Below are positions 10,802 through 23,600 of a DNA stretch of 64,000 nt, in pieces. Source of the stretch: Leidyana gryllorum EB-2025a (lineage: Eukaryota > Protista > Apicomplexa); assembly GCA_048772705.1 (NCBI GenBank), contig JBLWGC010000159.1, forward strand, positions 62,001 through 126,000, written 5' to 3'. The position numbers and the translations under genes are program-made. How positions within the stretch are numbered: position 1 is the first letter of the stretch; each line of letters opens with the position of its first letter. The notes beneath the pieces are model-generated. The model saw nothing but the letters and a program-made list of their open reading frames with translations, did not search any database and had not been told where the DNA came from.

Positions 10802-13800
10802 ATGTGGCCATTCTCGGCTAGAAAGGAGGGGAGTTGTAGTAGAGTGGCTAGTGCTCAACCGAATACAAGTCGGCGGCGAGATCCTCCGCTAACGGCGAGA
10901 AGTTTTCCCAAGTTCCTGCAAGCCACCTCAACTACCGCAGATGAAGCTCAGCAATTACAATTGAGTCCGGTACGCGTGCGAACGCTCAAGAAGATCTTGC
11001 ATTTCCATGCCAATCGATACACAATACTGAGAGACTATGAGTAAGGGTATTGTTGTCAGCTATGATCGAGACATCCTATTTTGTCGATCCCCAGTATCTT
11101 TGTGGTGTCATGGGATGTCTTCAATTTACCGGAGCCACCAGATGATATTACTCCTCTTTTGCCGCCCGAAGAATGGCCAGAACCCGATATTGTCGCCATA
11201 GGCTTACAGCGATGTCCTTTCCAGGTTGCCCCATTGTGGTCGAGTGTGGTGGCGAGGTCGATTTACAGGTATTCACCTGCTTTCAAGCCAGTCAGCCCCG
11301 AAGCTCCTTTCGATGAGACCTCTGGAAGTTTGGTTCTGGTGTTCTTGAGGGCAGAGTTACTCCCCTATGTGCACGGGTACGCCAGTCGAGTAATCCCCGG
11401 ATTGGCGACTGGTGTGCGTTTCGATTTCCAGCAGGCCAGCGTAGCTTTCGTCTGCGCCAAATCAATGCAAGAGGACGAGACGTTCACCTTTACTTCCCTC
11501 GATCCTCTCCAAGGACTCGAGTTGGATCAAGTGACTTCCCACGACTATGTCAATCTCGAGGCTCGAATGGCATTCGAGGCGGCTGCCCGACAGCGGTTCG
11601 CCAGCCTTGTTGACCAGTGAGTGGAACTATTGTGAAGTGCTGGATTTTCTCTCTTCCCATTCGCAATAACTTTCTTCTTCTCCCTTCACAGGTTGTGGTT
11701 TGACGTCCGGGGACGTCGGCATCCGCTGGGGTCCCATGCGCTGTGTGTGTTTCTCGGACTCAAGGACGCCGAAGGTCGCGCTTGCCGAGAAGAGAAGCTG
11801 TTGAAAGCCATATTTGTTGCGGCCAGACGACCTGACGTCGTGGCTTCGAGGAGCACATTGGACAGCTCGAATCCTTATGCCACTTTGGACCGGCACAGTC
11901 TCGACGTCCGTTACAGCAGACGGGTGCTGACATGTCCCAAGTCGACATCCAAGTTTGGAACTCTGACTTCTTTACCCAATATTGGCTATCGGGGTCGAGT
12001 AGATATTCTCAAGGCGGGAGTGATGCGGCTGGTTCTGGAGCTGCTCGATGAGAGCGGTGTTGCTACTCCGAGCGAAGCTGCGCCTGAATTGGCTCTCCTC
12101 CGTAGCTCTCTGCCCACGGCCAACCCGAGTGAACTGAAAGATCTGTACTCCAGCGTGTGGCGCATTCTCCGTAATGCTGGCAGCGCTGAGCTCCCGAGCA
12201 TCAATTTGCATCCCCAGATGATCAAGATTGAGGAGCCGCTTCGGCCTTGGGTGCCCTATACATTGAAGTTCAAAATTGTCAACGACTCTGCGAATCATCT
12301 TCCTGCCGCATTCCAGATCTATTGTTTGTCGGACAGCGGAACTTGTGTAGTCCCGCTGGGACGTCATTCGTTCCTTCACCAGGCACTGTCGAGCCGCAAG
12401 CGTCAGACACGTGAGATAGCGCTGGCAGCTGGTGACGCAATTCCGCGCGACTCCGCTTCCCATTCAACGAGTGTTCGAGAACCCGCCGCAGTAAAGCGCC
12501 ACACGAGCCCCACATCCACCCATCAAAGCACTATGAGTTCAGTGGCTGACATACAGAAGAAGATGAGTAATCTCAAAAAGCTGACCACCAAGCGGGGCGC
12601 GGGCGCTGGAGGGAAGGGCAAACAGAAAGGCGGACTCACCGGATTGCTCACGATGGGAATGGGAAAGAGTAAGAAGAGCAGTAAACAGAAGTTATTGGCG
12701 GCTGATGAGTCTCCCAGTACAGCGCAAGGGTTACTATCCGCCGACTCTGGTTGGGAGATCTCTTCTCCTCCTCCTGCTGGGCGGAGTCGAGTCAGTACCT
12801 CGAGTGCAATGTCCTCCGGTACAGCAGCAGCAGCCCCGCTCTCGGCAGCAGAATCTCACCACAATCAGCTCTCTGTGGCTCCAGATGAAACAGGCGGCCG
12901 ATCTCAAACACCCCCGGCTCCCATGAGAGCGGCGACCAATCCCGAAGGGGCTGTGGCGTTTGGTGGCATCCCATCCACTCCGGCCAAACAGAACGCTCGA
13001 GCACCGCTTCCTTTCAGCTTGACAAAGTGAGAGCGTGAATTCGGGAGGTTCCACTGACTTTACACTTTTCTTCCCTTCCCTGACAGGTGGATGTTGGTCG
13101 ACCCCCTGGAGGGAGTGGTGCTGGGCGGGAACGAGCTCGAGATCCGCGTCACCATAATGATTCAGGAGGGATTCGAGAGCAACTTGACGGTGAGATTGGG
13201 TCTACGGTGACTGATTCGACGGTTCATTGGCTTTTTCAGGACTTGGCGCCCGTGATTTTGGTGGTTAGAGTGGACGACAGCAATCGGGACTTCTTCTTAC
13301 ACATTGAGCCCAGTTACATAGAGGCTTCCCTCAATGGTCTCGGGCCGGTGCAACTGTTGGAGCTCAAAGATGCACCGGTGCAAAGCCCTCAGAAACCGCT
13401 TTCGGCCCGTCTGATCCCACGTGAGTCCCAAAGGTTGAAAGAGATCCGTAGTTACACCGCGTCTCTTTCTCCAGCGGATTTCGATAGGGCGGCGAAGGGT
13501 GCGCGGCGAACGAGTTTCACCTCACCAAAACGACAAGCTATCGGGGGCAAAGAACAGCTCCCGTTACCCAAGGAGCTGTGGTCGCTGCTCAGTTTCGTCC
13601 ACTTGAGGCTAATTTACGATCTCGACCCTCATCATCCTGATCTACCGCCTGCGTGGCGCAATGTCACTGACATTGAGTCACCGTGGGTGTGTTTACCAAT
13701 GGTCCTCCAGAGGGCGGCACGGGGCTGGGAATCCTTACCACCCCAGCAGAGGCAGGATTTGGCCGTGATCACTAAATGTTTAGAAACTCACACTCAAATC

Positions 13801-14409
13801 CCGCCGTCGGTGTCTGTGGAGGCCGCTTTGAGAGTGAGTTGCGCGCTCTACTTGATACGTCCCCCTTTCTCCCCTCCCCATCAGGCAATCGAGAAGTGGG
13901 CAATGAGTTTACCGGTACCTCTGGTACCGCGTGAATATGTGACCGAAGTTCATGATGAGACGGAGAGTGTGACGAGCAACGACGAAAAGTTGCATCTGAT
14001 TTGTCGAGCTGCTCTGTTGAGTCTGCCAACGATTGGAGTGAGTCTGATGAGTTTGGCGATTGGTAATTTGAGAGTGTTGCAGCGGAATGTATTGATGTGC
14101 CTTGGAGCTGTCTTGCGAGAGCTTATTGTATTTCACGCTCTGACAGTCGACATTATGGTGCCGCCTGCCGCCCAAGTGATGACGATGAATCCAGCGACCC
14201 ACGTTCCCTCTTTTCGTCAATTCGCTTCTCCCAACAAGTGCGAAGAAGTACTGAAAGCTTTGCTGGGCCCCAAGAGAGAGCCCTTGGTCCTCAGACATAG
14301 AGCAGTACTCTTTGACGCACTGACGCAGTGGGTATCCCGCTTTGTCACCCGTGATACCCCGGGAGAACTATCATTTCCATTTATTAGACACTTCCTGGTC
14401 ATGGCATAG
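10802..14409 (+). CDS. OCRL/INPP5B-like protein (degenerate inositol 5-phosphatase + ASH + RhoGAP-like), multi-exon
   Basis: IFVVSWDV, PDIVAIGLQ and ASVAFVCA (5-phosphatase fold); ILVVRVDDSNRDFFLHIEPSY (end of ASH); LPKELWSLL (start of OCRL RhoGAP-like domain). Confidence 0.7.
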
Positions 14410-17400
14410 ACCCATCGTCTGGACCCTTGGCCCCACCTCCCACGACAGCACCCCTGAGCAGCATGAAAGGAAGGCCCAATCTCCCGTCTATCTCCCATCT
14501 CTTGCGCCCCGGATTCTCAACAGAATCCACCTTCTTGAAAGACACGTGATCCCCCTGGAGCGACGGAAACCGGGCGTATAATTCACCAAGCTTCCCTCCC
14601 ATCTCCTGTCAGATTACAAACACACACACATCATGTCGCTCGCCGCACACAAGTCAGTATCCTTACCTCGGCTACCTTACAGTCTCTCCTGAAGCGCACA
14701 GCGCTCTCCATCTCGTCTTCAGCGATCACCTCCACCACCGCCTCTTCCTCGTTGTCGTGCTCCTCGGCCTGTAGATGCTTCTTCGAGACAACGGCGCGGA
14801 GTTTCTCGCGATCAACGGGCGGCGCGGGCGGATGACTGGGCGGCGGGGGCGGAGCTGCTGGCACTCCGGACAGCACTGCTCCAATATTCTGAAAAGCTGC
14901 CAGGAGACCGGGGGGCAGCTGAGGGGGAGCCACCACCGGCGCTGGCGGTGGGGGTGGAGGTGCGGGCGTAACGGGTGGTTCAACTTGGGAGGAGGACGCG
15001 GGTGACGGCGTGAGCTGCCCCCGCCGGACTCGAACTTGGCCCAAAGCCAACGCTTGGCGTTTCTGTACCTCGGATCCCGCATCCGGCAAATCTCGCCACA
15101 ATCCCAGAGATCGTTCTGGAAGAGATATCACAGTGATTGCTGGATTCTTCGGACTCAACAAGTCTTTCAAGTCATTCAAACTTGCGGTTTTGTATCCCAC
15201 TGATTTGAACCCAAACGTCAATTTGCCTCCACACGGTGACACATCTTCCGCCATCCGAACTATCCGACTGCAAATTGATGTTAGACCGCACGTTTCATTC
15301 ACAATCACAACTCACGTCGGTTTGAGAGTGTATTGCATCATGTGCTCCACAGCCGCGTGCTCTTGCGCCACCTGCGCTGTCTCTTCCTCATTGTATAACT
15401 TTTGAGTTTTAGTGTGCACCTCGAGGGGAACTGCTTCAGCCACGACAGTCACCAACTCTTCGTTCTGCTCATAGGGCCCCATGGCCGATACCAACTCGTC
15501 AGCCAGAGTGACCTCATTGAGAAGTCCGTCGGCGGTCTCTTCTTTCCGTCGATTCCGAAGACTCGGTGTACTGCCGGATATCTCGTTGCCCGTGCCGAGG
15601 GCACTCGGCGAGCACCCCGACTCGAAGAAGGCACCCAATGACGTTTTGAGATCTTTGAGAGCGCGAGGCTCCTCATCTGGCAGAGTCTCCGAGTCCGCTT
15701 CCAGACGATGAGTGGTGTCCAAGTCCGACATGGCAGTCGGCGAGTGAGCCAAGTTCCCCAGCTGCAAATCCTTGGTGACCCCGGAGCAGAAGAGCTGATG
15801 CAGCTGTGCTTCTCGTGAATTAGGGGACAACAGCGCGACTCGCCGGTTACGCGTGAAAACCGACTCCCCCTGCAGCAGTTTGTGGGCAAACGAGGGAGCG
15901 CTCGGAGGCGTGAAGAACACCACCGAGCTGTCTCGATCAGCTGCAAAGTACTTCTCGAATATCGTTCGGGAGGCGCCAAAGTCCAGAGACGCTGGAGTTG
16001 CCAAAGTCATATATTGGCCATGCCGATGCTGTTCTCTGTAGTTGGCAAACGCTTCTTCATCCTGAAGCAGATGGATTCTCGCTTTCTCGGTCTTCTTTCC
16101 CATTCCCGCTGACTCCCCCCCTTTCAAACCGTCCAGGAGACTCCCAATGAGATACACTTTGTCCTTCACGAACGCTTCCCGAACGTCGTTCGCCATGGAA
16201 TCGAGCAGCAGCCTCAACGAGGTACTGAGGGTATGTGCCAATGGGGTGACAATCGCGATACTGAGCCTTTCACGGACTCCCGGGACATTGAGGGAGGCCA
16301 AATCCAATACGAGAAGGAACGCGAGGAGATCTGGAGGATTAGTGGGGGTGAAGTGGACGTTTTTGACGTGACGTGTTGAAAACTTACCAGACACATCGAG
16401 CGGAACCAGCACTCGCGAACAGGGAGCGGTCGGTTTGAGCCAGGTGTGTGTGATCAGATTGACCAGCATATCCTCCGAGGGGGATGGAGAGGGCGGGACT
16501 CCAGTGGAGTTCAAGACGAGAGCGTGCGTAAGACCGTCACAGCGAGCGAGTACGGCGTCAGGGTTGAGTGGTTGAGCCATGCGGGCTGGGAAGGATTGCT
16601 TTGTATTGAGAGAAGGGTGGCCGAGGAGGACACAGGACCGGAAATCCTCTTCAGACCCCGTGCTCATGTACCATAGGACGTTATCCAAGCGACCACCTCC
16701 TGGCATTGGGCATAATTTGAGAGTTTCGTCTGACTCGACTTGCAAGTCATCGATCAAAATGCTGTGAGACTCATGGAAAGCCAGTGTCTTGAGTGTCCCA
16801 ACAGGAGAGAAGATCAAGTCGAAGAAGGCGGGGGTCAAACAGGATGATATGTGACCTCGAGAAGACAACTTGGAGTCAAACTCCGACTGGTAGCCTGTGA
16901 CGCCCATATACCATCTCTGGTCCAGAGCGGCTCGTAGTGGATGATCGACGGAGCTGAGAGTCTCTTGAGCCTCCAGGCGCAGCATACGAGCTGTCGAGCT
17001 GGCCAAGACGAGGAGGGGCAGATGGGGGTTGGGTGGTACAATGCTATCGACCCATTTGCGTGTCTGGCCGGTGAGGTCCTCCTCTTCCGGTCTCCCTCGC
17101 CACCATAAGCCCAGCAGATTGTCGAGGACGGTACGGTGGTGTACTCGCAGGCCGAGTAGTGCGTTGAGTGCCGGTGCCGATCTCAAACTTCCATAGAAAA
17201 TACCCAAGAAGTATATTCTCGGAATACTTGAGGCTGTGGCAATGATTAGCCGGGTGTTATTTAGAAAGCTTGAGAAGAGAGAGAGTTTTACTCAGGGGTT
17301 GAGAGGTCACCAAGTACTTACTCCTCATTGAAAAGGTTCAAAGTACCTGTTTTATGGAAGGTGGAGGTTGGTGGAACATCATTCAGGATGAAGTCAGGGT

Positions 17401-17572
17401 CTACTGCGCCATCTATAACTATGTAGAAGAACCCCGCTCGTGCCCTCTCCGACTTGACGTCTGCTGTGAGGTTTCGCTCGTACGAAAAGCGACACACAGT
17501 CCCATGAACGTGCTCAGAGGGGACTTGGAGGTATGACTTGAGGGGCGCATACTCCAGCGTCACATTCGACAT
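14399..17572 (-). CDS. CPSF2: CPSF100-like inactive metallo-beta-lactamase/beta-CASP protein, multi-exon
   Basis: Exon MSNVTLEY...NLFNE splices (GTAAGT..CAAG) in frame into ORF 15312-17207. TLATPASLDFGASRTIF...SSVVFF matches the CPSF2 beta-CASP segment, and C-terminal WEIDGRLGLPFMLLRGAV resembles CPSF100_C. No HxHxDH motif. INTS9 is not excluded. Confidence 0.65.
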
Positions 17573-17588
17573 CACTTTTTTCTGACTT

Positions 17589-18825
17589 TTAGTAACCACT
17601 GGAGTCTGACACAAAGCTCGTCTCCGAAGTCGATGAAGCCGATGACAGATATGGCCGAGTGAAATCGGCACTCTTTAAGCGCCGTTGCTTTTCGAATTTG
17701 CGCCGAACTCTCGGGTGCACATCGCGAGGGAAAGTTGAACTCCTGTCAGGAGGTGCCTTCTTAGCCGCGGTAGCCAATTCCGAAATACCCGCCATCCGAG
17801 GGACGTTCATCATCTCTCCTCCATACGCCGGCTCGGGCTGTTCAGCCGGGATTGTTGCTGATGGCGGGCCGCCGTCTCCACCTGGGTACCGCAGACCCGC
17901 CATTCCGAGCCCAATGGCACTGGCGTACGGGTTAAACTTCTGCTGGATGCGTCCGTGATTCGTGGTTTGGAACTTCTCAATGTCCACCTGCACCTCCAGA
18001 GGCAACTCCACCACCGGTCCGCTCGGAGTGCCCAACTCACAAGCCGCCTTCAATAACGCATGACCCTTAAGGTCATTCACACCCAGCGGTATGATACAAA
18101 CTTCGCAACCTGAGCTCAATCCGTGAGCCTTGAGTGGCAGTAATACAGAGTTCGGAGTATCTTTGTCCTTCATCAGTGTGATGGAACAGGGCAGCAACTG
18201 GCGCGGGTTGTGTAATTGGAACATTCGCACGTGGTTTGGCGGGAGATCCAGCAGCCGGCACACTCGAGTTTGCAGATACAGAAGCGGAGCCTCCAACGAG
18301 AGGTCCACAGCCAGTGTCATTCCTGTGGGAACCACCTTTGATGCGCAGTCTCACTCCTCCTGGGACTCACCTATCCTCGCCTGGTCGATACTCGTTGCGA
18401 CCAAACGATGTACAATTATTGCACCGTGGTAGAACGCCGAGGGGTTCTGAATAGTGGGCGGAGCGTCTCGCGTATCTGCAAGTTCAAGAGTGATTTTGAG
18501 TGTCTGGAAACTCCCAACGTACTCTGTACGGAGTGAATCAGCTCGGCCTCGAACACAGCTCGCTCGAGATGGGCGACCACAATTGGGTGTAAAATGTCAC
18601 CGAGAGTCCCGGAAGTCAAAGCAGTTCGCAAGGCATCGTATCGACGTATATAGTTGTTGTACAGAACCACTTTGAGAGCACAGTGTTCACTTGAATTCAA
18701 TTCCATAGCGTGAGCGGCATGTCCGATCACCCAGTCCACCATGTCATCTTCTTCTGGGTCTTCCGGTGGCACATGGCAACACGGGTTCAGAGTGACAGGG
18801 TGACTTCGCGCTCCAACATTGACAT
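17589..18825 (-). CDS. Hypothetical protein with possible ubiquitin-like domain (5' exon structure uncertain)
   Basis: TLAVDLSLEAPLLYLQTRVCRLLDLPPNHVRMF...PLKAHGLSSGCEVCI resembles a beta-grasp Ubl pattern; the upstream ORF 18416-18907 is probably an exon. Confidence 0.45.
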
Positions 18826-18955
18826 GGCCGTGGGCGTGCCAACAGCCCCTCTGGCAGTTAGGTCGACTGTACATTGTGCATGCCCAACTTGTGAATTCAA
18901 GGTGCACTCTGAACTATTGATGAGGTGGCAGCTGTGGTTGCATATCCGACACCTG

Positions 18956-20589
18956 TCAAACACTCGTGTCTCCAACGGTCGTGAGAGTGTCGCTCACCAT
19001 AAGCAGCTCCAGCAACATATTCTGGAGATAGCCTCGAACTTCACGGCTCTCAGCGCTCATCTCGCCCTGTTTGCTGGGCCCGCTTCTTTGATCGTCCTGC
19101 AGCGTGTACCGCAGAGCCTCTGTAAGTGTCTTGCGGACAGGCATCACGCACGCGCGCACGGCCGCTGGCCCAAGCGCCCGAGCGCCGAGGACTGTGCCGA
19201 TCAGAGTGGTGATGGGCAGCCACCACTGCTGAAGAGTCGCCAAGTAGACTTCGGCCACTGTAGTGAAACAGCTGGGTGAACCGGTCTCGGTTGTGACTCT
19301 TTCCACAACGTGAGCCAATATGTTCGCCGCCCCCTGACGAATATTCATAGATTCACTGATCGCCTGCGGAGACGATCCACCAATCAGTGGAGTCATCAGA
19401 CAAGTCAATAAACAGTGTAAGATTTGATGGATCTGAGAAGGGGGTATGAGGGGGAAGCGGTCGGGCCCGGTCGGAAGACTTACGTATGGGTTGAGGTTTA
19501 TGCGGGGATTGGATGTCATCGCCTTGGCGACCTGTAGCAGAGTCATCACGGCTTCGCAAGTTCCATTGGGGAGGAGCTTGGCAATCTACGTGTACAAAGT
19601 TCAATCATGTTGACCGGTCTGTTCGCAAGCCCATGGCCTACCTCATTGCAAGCCAGAGTCAGAATATATGGCACCAACTTGGCCGGAGTTGGACCATCGC
19701 TCAAGCTGCGCAGGATTTTATCCAAGGCCAGTTTATCATGGGCACGTTCGCTATCACTGAGAGGGTGCTCTTGCGGGAATGAGTGGCTCACAGCCGTCAG
19801 TACAACGCTTGCTACGCGTTCCAAATACAGTCGCTGTTCCTCAGACAGACTTTGCTCCAACCCTCTCGGAATGCACAATATATTCCCGCCGCCTCCATTC
19901 CGATGCTGGTCAGATGTGCTGTCGAAGATCACGGACATAAAGAAGCCCTTTTGCTTCTGAACATCCACATAATCCCTTTTGAACTTGTCCGCATCGGTAT
20001 ACCGCCAGGCAGGCTGGTGCATTGCCGTTGACTTGGTCGACCGAGCCTTGTTCCCCGGCGCTACCAGTTGACCATTTATTGTCAACCAGTTCACATTCTA
20101 CACGATCGCGCTGTAGCACACACTGTTGCCGAACTGCACACTCACCAAAGACGGTACGGACGGAGGAATTATACAGTTTGATGTGGAGACAACGTCATCA
20201 CATCGCACAATACTCCGTGTGTCCGCACTCAGCTGCAATGCGGTGTTGGGCAGCTCACCCCAGTTCAGTATTGCAGCTGCTGTCTGGACACTGATGGCGT
20301 CAATTATTAACTTGGAGTTCCTCCGGTTGTTCGAACGCCGAGCAACCCGAGCGGCTTCCTCCACAAGTGTCCGTAATTTGTACTCCACTCCCACTGTCAA
20401 TATCTCCCACACGTTCGGTTCGAACATTTCCAAGTCGTACCCCTCTGCATCAGCAAGACGTGGAAGTAGGTGAGCCCCGAAAGGAGCTTCCGGTGGCTCA
20501 GTTGGGTCCTCCTCTGGTCTGTCGGTATCCTGTTTGGGTCTCTTGGGGGTGGGTAGGTTGCTTTTAGGCAAGAAGTGTTTGAGTGGCAT
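18956..20589 (-). CDS. TAF6: TFIID subunit 6, 3 exons
   Basis: Histone fold VEYKLRTLVEEAARVARRS; NWLTING; SLSEEQRLYLERV; LRSLSDGPTPAKLVPYI; AMTSNPRINLNPYIHQIL. Confidence 0.85.
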
Positions 20590-20619
20590 AAGTTCAAATT
20601 TTGCTGAATTATAGATGGC

Positions 20620-23600
20620 ATGAATCGAAGCCCAAAGGACTCGATTCGGCTGTCTCAAGTAGTCCCTGAGTTAGGGAACGCAGCTTTGGCGGGCCTACTC
20701 CATGACCCCGAGAAGCGCGTGGTAATCACGGAGGAAGAAGTTGCTGAAGCTTTGGTCACTCTCGTCCGGCAACGCAATGGCGGGGATATCGAGCCTTTCG
20801 TGGACACGATAGCCCAGTTCCATCCCGTGTTCGCATGGACTACTGTGTTTGACATGTTTGGACGGGTCGTTGGCGACCGTTCACGTGGTGAAGCTATTCT
20901 TTTCGATGACGACGCTTGGTCACGGCTCCTGCGTGCCTGGCAGCGGGCTGCCTTGCAACTGGAGCGTGTGCAAAAGCTGGCTGGCTCGGCCAACGCCGAA
21001 GAATTCCTCAGCAAACCGCTTCCACCAGTCGAAGACCTCCATCCACGGGACAGAAGAATGTTCCCCCTCACAGTGCTGCCTGCACGTCCAGACTACCGGT
21101 TACTTACGTCGCTGGTGACATTCATCCTAGCGCATGACCAGCACCATGGTTCTACGCTCATCCCTCAAACCTTGCTGAAAGCTCCTCCGAGTACCAACTT
21201 GTTGGAGTTGGCCCACTCGTTATTCTATACTCACGGCCCAGCGGTTTTCGACCAGCACCAGATCGATTTGATGACCTTCCTTGGCCGTAGGCTTGCAGCC
21301 CCCAAAGAAGGTCCGGTCTTTTTGGTGAAGATTGGCGGGTTCCTGCACGAGAAGCTCACAGCTTTGATGAATATCTACCTGGCGGCTGCACAAGGACGGG
21401 ATGTTGTCCAGGGTATTGACGGCAAAACTACTCTCATACTGGATGCACCCAAAACTATGGTTTACTTCAATGCTCTGTTCGCCTACGCCGACGCTATGCA
21501 ACGCGACTGCGCGGGAACCCCTTTTTGTGAACCGCGTGTGCTGGCTCATTTCGAGCGTCTCCGTCTCATGGCTGTGGAAGTTTACCGAGAAGAGGCCCAG
21601 AAAGCCGGGCTCGACCATCGAAGTTTCACAAGTTATATGCCATCGGCTCCCCAGCAGCCGGCGAAGTCCCCCACACCTATGCCGCAGTCGAATGCAAGTG
21701 GCCCGCAACAAGCAGAGGGAGGTCAGGCTCCGACGCACGCTCAGAACTTGGAAGCGCAGGAAGATCATTACTTTGGGTGTTTCTACCGTCGAGAGATGTC
21801 TGCGACTCAATTGGTGGAGCTGCTGGAGAGTTTGGCAGCGTGTCCTAGTCACACGCCTGAGGCGGAGCTGTTGGCAAGGATGCTTCGCACGCTTTTCACA
21901 GAGTGTCGACACTTCCCAAAGTATCCTCCAGCCGAGTTGCATCGGACAGCGGATTTCTTCGGCAAACTGATCAGAAGCGAAATCTTGTTGAAGAGGCCTG
22001 AATTACAGCGACTGGCTATCCGATGTGTGGTTGAGGCCGTTCGGAAGGACCCGTCTACCAATATCTTCCGGTTTGGGTTGGTGGCATTACAACAGTTCAT
22101 TGACATAGCGCCGTGCTCACCCGCCTTTATTACGAGTCTGACGAAAATTCAAGGTTTGCGTGAATACTTTCCGTCATTGGTTGCCTGGGCTGAGAAGTGT
22201 CTAACTCTCATGCCTCCTCAGATGCGTATTCTGTCGCTGGTTGACGTGAATACATTGATCCAAAGTATCGCTCCGAATCAGCTGCCTTCGACTCACAATG
22301 TTTTGATCATTCCCCCGGCTCTGCAGTTGGTGCCGACGCCGGGACCGCATCCGACTGGGCCGCCTAACCAGCCCGTGCCCCATGGCGCTCCGATGGGCGC
22401 TTTTGGGAACGTGTCGCCTCCAGACGGCAAGCGGACTGATCAGGAACATCAAGTGAAGTTACAGGGATTCGGATTAGGGCAAGTTGAGAATCTGATGGAG
22501 GATCCACAGGTCACAGCACAGATTGTCGTGCCTCCGGATCCGGTCCGTAACCGCGTGGCACAAATCTTCAACTCGATCGTGTTGGCGAATGTGCAACAGA
22601 AGGCTGCGGAGCTCGCGAGCATTCTGCAACCCGACTGGCTGCCGTGGCTGGCGTATTACATTGTCAAAACGAGAGCGAGCAAGGAGCCTAACCACCACGA
22701 TCTCTACAGTCAGTTGGCTGATCATATGGGATCTCCCAAAATGATCGAGATGTTGACCAATGTCACGTATGATTGCATCAACATTCTGCTGAAATATGTC
22801 AGCTCTGCTCGGGAAGCGACTTCATACCGAACCGTTCTCAAATCTTTGGGAAGCTGGTTGGGTTTGTTGACCTTAGCACGAGACCGGCCGCTCAAGTCCA
22901 AGAGCTTTGACGTCAAACATCTGATCTATGATGCATACGAACGTGGCAATCTCATCGCTGTGGTGCCTCTCGCATGTGCCCTTCTCGATCAAATCAAGAG
23001 CTCCCGCATCTTCAAGTTGCCCAATCCCTGGACACTCAGTTGTCTGTTGTGCTTGGGATGTCTATACACGATGCCCAATCTCAAGCAGACCATCTGCTTT
23101 GAAATCGAGCTCTTGTGTCAGCATCTCGGACTCGATCTGGAACCCTTCTTGCATCAGCAACCCAACCTCTTCCAGAGTCTGGAACCGCCTCTCGACTCTC
23201 CCGACTTCCAACTCGGTCGAAGTGCTTCCAATCTACAGGTCGAGGCTCCTCAACCGCCACAAGTCCAGGGCCAAGCCCAACGTGTGCAGCAAGTTGTTCA
23301 ACAACAACAACACCAACAACACCAGCAGCAAGTCCAGCCTTTGGGCGCAAAACCGGCACGTCAGCCACAGCCTGGTGGAGGTCCCGTTGCAAATTTGAGT
23401 GGATGGCCCAATACCGATCAGAAGCTTCTGAGTCAGCCTGGTAGCCAGCTCCTCAATGCTTTGCGGAACACTGTTGTCATCAGTCGGTCGCTGGCTCTCT
23501 TCGAGAAGCATCCTGACCTGCGAATCGCTGTTCCCATCGCTATTGAACGCGCTGTCCGGGATTTGGTGTGTGTCATCTCTGAACGAGCAGTCATTTTGGC

